DNA from: Erysipelothrix larvae
GTDB taxonomy: Bacteria > Bacillota_I > Bacilli_A > Erysipelotrichales > Erysipelotrichaceae
DNA length: 32,000 nt
Reading direction: 5' to 3'
Assembly (NCBI RefSeq): GCF_001545095.1
Contig: NZ_CP013213.1
Coordinates: 960,001-992,000, forward strand
The notes under the pieces are model-generated. The model did not search any database and had not been told where the DNA came from. It worked only from the letters and a program-made list of their open reading frames with translations. A program made the position numbers and the translations under genes. Below are positions 26,623 to 32,000 of the stretch, piece after piece; position 1 is the first letter of the stretch, and the number at the start of each line of letters is the position of its first letter.

Positions 26623-27341
26623 GAATTTCAATCATTACACTTTTCCCTGATATGTTTGAAGGATTTAAACAAACTTCAATCATAAAACGGGGATTAGAAA
26701 GTGGAGTTATTGATATCCAATGTGTTGACATGCGTGATTTTACACTGGATAAACACAATAAAGTTGATGATTATCCCTATGGTGGTGGTGCTGGACTTGT
26801 TTTGATGTGCCAACCGGTAGTGGATGCAATCCGTGCAACACGAACTGAAGATTCACTCGTGATTATGTTGACGCCTCAAGGGAAAACTTTGAAGCAAGAG
26901 ATAGCATATGAACTCAGTACGCAAAAACACCTTATTTTGGTTTGTGGACATTATGAAGGGTTTGATGAACGTATCCGTGATTATGTGGATATGGAACTTT
27001 CAATTGGTGATTATGTATTGACCGGTGGTGAAGTGGCTGCAATGGTCATAAGTGATGCTGTGGTACGTCTTGTTGAGGGTGTGATAACCAAAGATTCACA
27101 TGAAGATGATTCGTTTAGTGATGGGCTTATTGAGTATGCACATTACACACGACCACGTGTTTTTGAAGGAAAAGAAGTACCTGAGGTCTTATTTAGTGGA
27201 CATCATGAAAACATTCGAAAATATCGATTGCAATCATCCTTAGAGAAAACGATGAAATATCGACCAGATTTACTCAAAAATCGGGTATTTACAAAAGAAG
27301 AATTAAAAATCGTTGAAATGATACGAGAAAACGAAGAATAG
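26619..27341 (+). CDS. trmD: tRNA (guanine37-N1)-methyltransferase
   Basis: ITLFPDMF, DDYPYGGGAGLV, CGHYEGFDER, IGDYVLTGGE. Confidence 0.95.
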   Translation: MRISIITLFPDMFEGFKQTSIIKRGLESGVIDIQCVDMRDFTLDKHNKVDDYPYGGGAGLVLMCQPVVDAIRATRTEDSLVIMLTPQGKTLKQEIAYELSTQKHLILVCGHYEGFDERIRDYVDMELSIGDYVLTGGEVAAMVISDAVVRLVEGVITKDSHEDDSFSDGLIEYAHYTRPRVFEGKEVPEVLFSGHHENIRKYRLQSSLEKTMKYRPDLLKNRVFTKEELKIVEMIRENEE

Positions 27342-27388
27342 ATTTAGACAATAATTACATGAAGTCTAGATCAGAAAGGAGTTATAGT

Positions 27389-28474
27389 ATGACTCAAAAA
27401 GATAAAGTACTTGCAGTAATTATTGCGCAAGGGAATAATGCATTTGAAATCGAAGAAGATCGCCAAGAATTTTTAGGTCTTGCGAAAGCCTGTGAAATGG
27501 AAGTAGAGGCTGAAGCAAGTTTTAAACTCAAGTCACCCAATGCAGTGACATATTTTGGTGATGGAAATGTACAAATGGTTGCGAATGTTGTACAAGACAG
27601 TGATTATGACGCGGTTATTATTAATGTGGGATTGACTGGCAATCAAATTAAAAACTTGCAAGAGCGCTTTAAATGCACAGTTCTAGATAAGAATATGGTG
27701 TTATTACAGATATTCTCAAAACGAGCACAAAGTGCAGAATCTAAAGCACGTGTTGAAATTGCTAATTTGAATTATATGATGTCACGCATGGTAGGATCGT
27801 ATGATGATCTGGGTCGCCAAAGTGGGCGAGGATCAGGAAAAAATAGAGGTTTAGGTGAAACAAAACTTGAACTTGATCGACGTCATGTCAGAAAACGCAT
27901 TAATTTACTGAAAAAGAAAATTGAACAGTTTGAAAAACAACGCGAAACACAGCGCAGTCGTCGTGTGAATAACACGGACTTAAAAGTAGCCCTTGTAGGG
28001 TATACAAATGTTGGGAAGTCATCTTTGATGAATGTACTGCTATCAAATGACACTAAAAATGTCTTAGAACAAGACATGGTTTTTGCCAGTCTTGATACAA
28101 CCTCTCGTCAAATCTATAATGGCGATTCGTCGTTTATTTTACATGATACAGTTGGGTATATTGAAAATCTTCCTAAAGCACTCTATCCTGCTTTCCAATC
28201 AACACGAGATGAGATCATGGACGCAGATTTAATCCTACATGTTATTGATCGCTCACATCCATTTTATGAGCGTCAAGAACAGGTAATTGAGGACTATCTC
28301 AAATCAATGCAGGTGGAAGATGTACCAGTTTGGAAAGTTTACAATAAGATTGATCGTCTCGATGAAATCTTTATGTCAACCCCTACAGTTCACTTTATCT
28401 CTACCAAGGACCATCAAGGGATTGAATCGCTAAAAGCATGCATTCATGAATTTTCGAACCGATCATTTCATTAG
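27389..28474 (+). CDS. hflX: GTPase HflX
   Basis: HflX N-domain (AESKARVEIANLNY, GLGETKLELDRR) and G domain (GYTNVGKSS, DTVG, NKID). The ATG at 27389 follows AAAGGAG. Confidence 0.9.
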   Translation: MTQKDKVLAVIIAQGNNAFEIEEDRQEFLGLAKACEMEVEAEASFKLKSPNAVTYFGDGNVQMVANVVQDSDYDAVIINVGLTGNQIKNLQERFKCTVLDKNMVLLQIFSKRAQSAESKARVEIANLNYMMSRMVGSYDDLGRQSGRGSGKNRGLGETKLELDRRHVRKRINLLKKKIEQFEKQRETQRSRRVNNTDLKVALVGYTNVGKSSLMNVLLSNDTKNVLEQDMVFASLDTTSRQIYNGDSSFILHDTVGYIENLPKALYPAFQSTRDEIMDADLILHVIDRSHPFYERQEQVIEDYLKSMQVEDVPVWKVYNKIDRLDEIFMSTPTVHFISTKDHQGIESLKACIHEFSNRSFH

Positions 28475-28494
28475 CTGTGGTTAGGTATCATAGT

Positions 28495-29184
28495 ATGAAA
28501 TATTACAGTCATCGAGGACTTTATAATCCTCAACAAAACATACTTGAGAATTCAAAAGAAGCTTTTCAGTGTGCAGTAGATGAAAATGTAGGCATTGAAC
28601 TGGATGTTAGGCTAACACGCGATAAAGAAGTCATTGTGGTTCATGATGCATCCTTAAAGCGAATCTATGGACTTGATAAGTCAGTAGAAGCCTTGAGCTA
28701 TAATGAACTCAATGACCTTACCAAAGATACTTTAAGAATCATGAAATTTGAAGAATTCTTAGAGTTTATCAATGGCCGTGTTTCGTTAATTGTTGAATGT
28801 AAACATTGCTTTGATAACACAGCATTATGTCTAAAAGTGGCCCACTTATTGGATAATTATAAGGGTGAGTTTTGCGTCGAATCGTTCCATCCACTCATTG
28901 TAAGGTGGTTTAAGAAAAATAGACCGCACTTTAAAAGAGGACAATTAGTCATGACTAAAGATCGTTACGATAACGGGTTCTTGTGGTTTTTTGGAGGGTC
29001 AGGCATTACCCATTGGTTAACAAAACCTGACTTCTATGCATTTCATTATCGTGTAGGGAGTAGAAAATTAAGTCATTGGTATTACCGATATCTTTCAAGA
29101 CATTGTGACATAGTACTTTGGACGATGAAAAAAAATTCACCCCATCATTTTGATGCAGATGCTATAATATATGAAACATTTTAG
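28495..29184 (+). CDS. Glycerophosphodiester phosphodiesterase-family protein
   Basis: GDPD signature: HRG...ENS..AF..A...G.ELDV.LT.D....VVHD. Start assigned to the ATG at 28495 (MKYYSHRG). Confidence 0.7.
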   Translation: MKYYSHRGLYNPQQNILENSKEAFQCAVDENVGIELDVRLTRDKEVIVVHDASLKRIYGLDKSVEALSYNELNDLTKDTLRIMKFEEFLEFINGRVSLIVECKHCFDNTALCLKVAHLLDNYKGEFCVESFHPLIVRWFKKNRPHFKRGQLVMTKDRYDNGFLWFFGGSGITHWLTKPDFYAFHYRVGSRKLSHWYYRYLSRHCDIVLWTMKKNSPHHFDADAIIYETF

Positions 29185-29202
29185 ATTACTAAGGGGAAGT
29201 AT

Positions 29203-29562
29203 ATGAGTCAAAATTATCATGAATTACTTGAGATTGAACGTATCAGTGTAACAAGTAAGAGATCGCATTTACAAATCAAATTGAATGACAAACACATGAA
29301 TCGTTACAAATATGTACATGGGGGTGTCTATTTCTCATTGGCTGACAGTGCAGCTGGAGCTATTTTAGCATCAGAGTATGAGACATGGGTTACCTTGAAT
29401 TCATCATTTAATTTTATTGCGGGATGTAAACTTGGAACCTTGAATGCGTATGCGACTTTAGTCAGTAAAACACGCAAAACGTGTGTGATTGATGTATCAG
29501 TCAAAGACTCACAAGACACTTTATGTGCAGTTGGAACCTTTACGATGTATCACATTAATTAG
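29203..29562 (+). CDS. PaaI-family hotdog-fold thioesterase
   Basis: 119 aa with HGGVYFSLADSAAG, the typical PaaI/4HBT motif. AAGGGGA RBS. Confidence 0.7.
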   Translation: MSQNYHELLEIERISVTSKRSHLQIKLNDKHMNRYKYVHGGVYFSLADSAAGAILASEYETWVTLNSSFNFIAGCKLGTLNAYATLVSKTRKTCVIDVSVKDSQDTLCAVGTFTMYHIN

Positions 29563-29581
29563 CTTGGAAACAAGCTTTTTT
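29561..29581 (+). terminator. Rho-independent terminator after the thioesterase gene
   Basis: agcttg / caagct stem with GAAA tetraloop, followed by tttttt. Confidence 0.7.
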
Positions 29582-29592
29582 AGTCAGTACAC

Positions 29593-29620
29593 TTGTAATT
29601 TTATCACTTCGGTGTATAAT
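29593..29620 (+). promoter_or_regulatory. Promoter of the metal ABC transporter operon
   Basis: TTGTAA (29593-29598), a 16-nt spacer, then TATAAT (29615-29620). Confidence 0.55.
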
Positions 29621-29626
29621 CATATA

Positions 29627-29641
29627 TGCAAATCGTTTGCA
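29627..29641. promoter_or_regulatory. Candidate operator palindrome TGCAAAtcgTTTGCA
   Basis: Perfect 6-3-6 inverted repeat starting 7 nt after the -10 hexamer, so it covers the expected transcription start. Confidence 0.45.
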
Positions 29642-29653
29642 AAAGGGGTGTTT

Positions 29654-30298
29654 ATGAATCAAATTATACAATTTAATGATGTACACTTTGCCTATGGAAA
29701 ACAAGAAGTTTTATGTGGATTGAAACTTGATGTTATCGATCATGATTTTATGGCAATTGTAGGAGCGAATGGTTCTGGTAAATCTACATTATTAAAAATC
29801 ATTTTAGGATTTCTTAAACCACAAGAAGGAAATGTATCAGTGAATGCAAAAACACTTGGATATGTACCTCAAGGTGGTCTTTTAAATGTATCGTCATTTC
29901 CCGCTAACGCACTTGAAATCGTAATGTTGCGACTAAAAGGTGACAGTTTTGTATCAAGTCTAAGCAAGAAACGTAAAGAGCGTGCTCTTGAAGCATTGAA
30001 GAAAGTTGGAATGGAAGATGCAGCTTACAAACTGATTTCCACATTAAGCGGAGGTCAACTTCAACGTGTTCTTATTGCTCGTGAAATAGGAGCAAATCCA
30101 GACTTACTAATTCTTGATGAACCGACGAATGGATTGGATGAAGCATCTGTAAAAGGATTGTTTGAGTTACTGCAAAAACTCAATCAAGAATTAGGTGTTT
30201 CAATTCTTGTTGTGAATCATGATCTCGAAGAAATTAAACCTTATGTAAACAGGCTTATTCGCGTTGAAAACAAACACTGCCACGAGGTAACATTATGA
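29654..30298 (+). CDS. Metal (Zn/Mn-type) ABC transporter ATP-binding protein
   Basis: Walker A GANGSGKST, signature LSGGQLQR, Walker B LLILDEP. Paired with an ABC-3 permease. ATG at 29654 follows AAGGGG. Confidence 0.8.
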   Translation: MNQIIQFNDVHFAYGKQEVLCGLKLDVIDHDFMAIVGANGSGKSTLLKIILGFLKPQEGNVSVNAKTLGYVPQGGLLNVSSFPANALEIVMLRLKGDSFVSSLSKKRKERALEALKKVGMEDAAYKLISTLSGGQLQRVLIAREIGANPDLLILDEPTNGLDEASVKGLFELLQKLNQELGVSILVVNHDLEEIKPYVNRLIRVENKHCHEVTL

Positions 30299-31122
30299 GT
30301 ATTTTCGGTTATGCATTTATGCGAGTAGCATTTATAGCAGGGACTATGGTTGCGATTACCGTTCCCTTAGTAGGGTCTACAATGGTATTTAAGCGTATGT
30401 CCTTAATGGGAGAGGCGTTGTCTCATGTTTCCTTGGCAGGTGTTGCATTGGGGCTAATTTTTGGATATGATCCAATACTAGGTGCACTGGCAGCTTCAGT
30501 TATTGCAGCGTTATCCATCGAAGTCATTCGCAATCGATTGAAAACATACAGCGAACTTTCTCTAGCGGTTATCATGTCCTTTGGTATTGGGTTAGCAGGG
30601 GTATTAATGGGCTTTGTAAATAACCCAGCTAATTTTAATAACTTCTTATTTGGAAGTGTCCTTGCGATTAGTCAAAATGAATTGATGTTATCGATCGGAC
30701 TGTGCTTATTAGTGCTCGTTTTATCTTTAGTATTCTACCGTCAATTCTTCTACATTTCTTTTGATGAAACATCAGCCAAAGTATCTAAAATAAATACAAA
30801 CACATTTAACATGTTGTTTACATTTATGACAGCGATTGTTGTTTCCATTACATCACGAATAGTAGGTGCACTGATCGTTTCTTCACTTATGGTAATTCCA
30901 GTGACAGCAGGAATGCAAATAAGCAAGGGATATCGCTCAACCTTATTATGGAGCATCTTATTTTCTATTTCATCAATCTGGATTGGCTTGTTTGTTGCGT
31001 TTTATGCACCATGGGGATTGAGACCGGGAGGGACGATTGTGTTGGTATCTGTATTCGAATTACTCGTCGTACTTATCGTAAAAGGAATTGCTTCAAAAAG
31101 AGGAATTCACCATACTGTGTAG
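30295..31122 (+). CDS. Metal ABC transporter permease (ABC-3 / ZnuB-like)
   Basis: Protein of about 8 TM helices with the ABC-3 pattern (VFKRMSLMGEALSHVSLAGVALG). ATGA overlap with the ATPase gene. Confidence 0.8.
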   Translation: MSIFGYAFMRVAFIAGTMVAITVPLVGSTMVFKRMSLMGEALSHVSLAGVALGLIFGYDPILGALAASVIAALSIEVIRNRLKTYSELSLAVIMSFGIGLAGVLMGFVNNPANFNNFLFGSVLAISQNELMLSIGLCLLVLVLSLVFYRQFFYISFDETSAKVSKINTNTFNMLFTFMTAIVVSITSRIVGALIVSSLMVIPVTAGMQISKGYRSTLLWSILFSISSIWIGLFVAFYAPWGLRPGGTIVLVSVFELLVVLIVKGIASKRGIHHTV

Positions 31123-31204
31123 CATCGAATCATCGGTGCATTGAATACAGTGTACGTTGATTTTTAAATGATATATTATCGCTTAAATTGATTAGATGAT
31201 TAAG

Positions 31205-31245
31205 ACAAGAACTGAAGGAGCTAGACTCAAGGTTCTTGTTTTTTA
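31205..31245 (+). terminator. Rho-independent terminator after the ABC permease
   Basis: acaagaac (31205-31212) pairs with gttcttgt (31232-31239), followed by tttttt. Confidence 0.65.
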
Positions 31246-31474
31246 ATCTGTCTATATGAAGGTTATCAAAAAAATGCTTCAAATTCACGTTGAGTTAAAG
31301 TGGTATTCAAGAAATTGAGTAGGTATAAAAGGTTACCTTATCAACAATCATCGGATAATTGATGTTCATTAGTGGGGCTTATTATTGATTGGGTGAAGGA
31401 TTACACTATTCATGTTAACAGTTTTAAAGTAGCAATCTTCACGCGTGTGATGTAGTTTTAAGGAGGACGAACAT

Positions 31475-32000
31475 GTGGATAATTTTGAGCTTGCTTCCGC
31501 TTTCTTTGCAGGTGTGACAACGATTCTTGCGAAAATCGGAATTAAAGATACAAATGCAAACCTAGCAACTGCTTTACGCACAATTGTTGTTGCTATTTTT
31601 GCATGGCTCATGGTCTTTATTGTGGGTTCCCAACAGACGATTGGTTCAATTGCACCAAAGAGCATTTTATTTTTAGTGCTCTCAGGTCTGGCAACCGGAG
31701 GTTCTTGGTTGTGCTACTTCAAAGCGTTACAACTTGGAGATGTCAATAAAGTGGTACCAGTTGATAAGTCAAGTACAATACTGACGATGGCTTTAGCATT
31801 CCTTTTGTTAGGGGAATCCTTGTCTTGGATTAAGATTGTTGCGATGGTCTGTCTCGGCATTGGAACATATAAAATGATTGAAGTACAAAAAACAAACAAT
31901 GAAGTGAAAACAGGAAACACTTGGCTCATTTATGCCCTTTTATCCGCTTTATTAGCCAGTTTGACTGCGATTTTAGGGAAAATAGGGATTTCAGGTATTG
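31475..32000 (+). CDS. EamA/DMT-family transporter, partial (runs off the window end)
   Basis: Absent from the ORF track because no stop is reached. My manual translation gives VDNFELASAFFAGVTTILAKIGIKDTNANLATALRTIVV...SGLATGGSWLCYFKALQLGDVNKVVPVDK..., then a second repeat NTWLIYALLSALLASLTAILGKIGISG. GTG at 31475 is 8 nt after AGGAGG (31461-31466). Confidence 0.7.
   Translation, partial: MDNFELASAFFAGVTTILAKIGIKDTNANLATALRTIVVAIFAWLMVFIVGSQQTIGSIAPKSILFLVLSGLATGGSWLCYFKALQLGDVNKVVPVDKSSTILTMALAFLLLGESLSWIKIVAMVCLGIGTYKMIEVQKTNNEVKTGNTWLIYALLSALLASLTAILGKIGISGI

Noticed and set aside
31369-31929. Minus-strand ORFs 31369..31665 and 31714..31929
   Set aside because: Both lie antisense to the clearly recognisable plus-strand EamA transporter frame, and their translations have no motifs.

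Overview
This is a low-GC Firmicute-type chromosomal segment, possibly Erysipelotrichia-like, though that taxon is inferred from gene content and AT-richness only. It reads with the standard genetic code. Most of the window is tightly packed housekeeping DNA. In order: yneF-like; mtgA-like/trpS/uppP; spx/mnmA/CPBP protease/recD2; a ClbS-like gene; mscL (minus strand); pepD; an L20-leader-controlled infC-rpmI-rplT operon with a MarR gene coupled to its end; an AraC-family gene (minus); thrB-thrC (minus) divergent from ACT-hom-lysC-asd, which together encode the full aspartate-to-threonine route. After the variable patch come pyrR; a GT4 glycosyltransferase fused to RecX; yhaM; rpsP-KH-rimM-trmD; hflX; a GDPD-family gene; a PaaI thioesterase; a two-gene metal ABC importer; and a partial EamA transporter that runs off the window end. 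The only accessory-looking stretch is about 19.09-21.78 kb, between asd and a solitary tRNA-Trp(CCA). It holds about 0.9 kb of very AT-rich non-coding DNA, a LysR gene reduced to its HTH domain, a DnaQ-like exonuclease-BRCT protein whose catalytic acidic residues look substituted, and a further 0.4 kb of non-coding DNA. I found no CRISPR array, integrase, transposase or recognisable defence or toxin operon. The most unusual items are the uninterrupted glycosyltransferase-RecX fusion ORF, the apparently inactive exonuclease-BRCT gene in the AT-rich islet, and signs of regulator decay: an in-frame TAA in MarR, an in-frame TAG in AraC and the truncated LysR. All functional calls come from motif recognition in the supplied translations. 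No database search was run.
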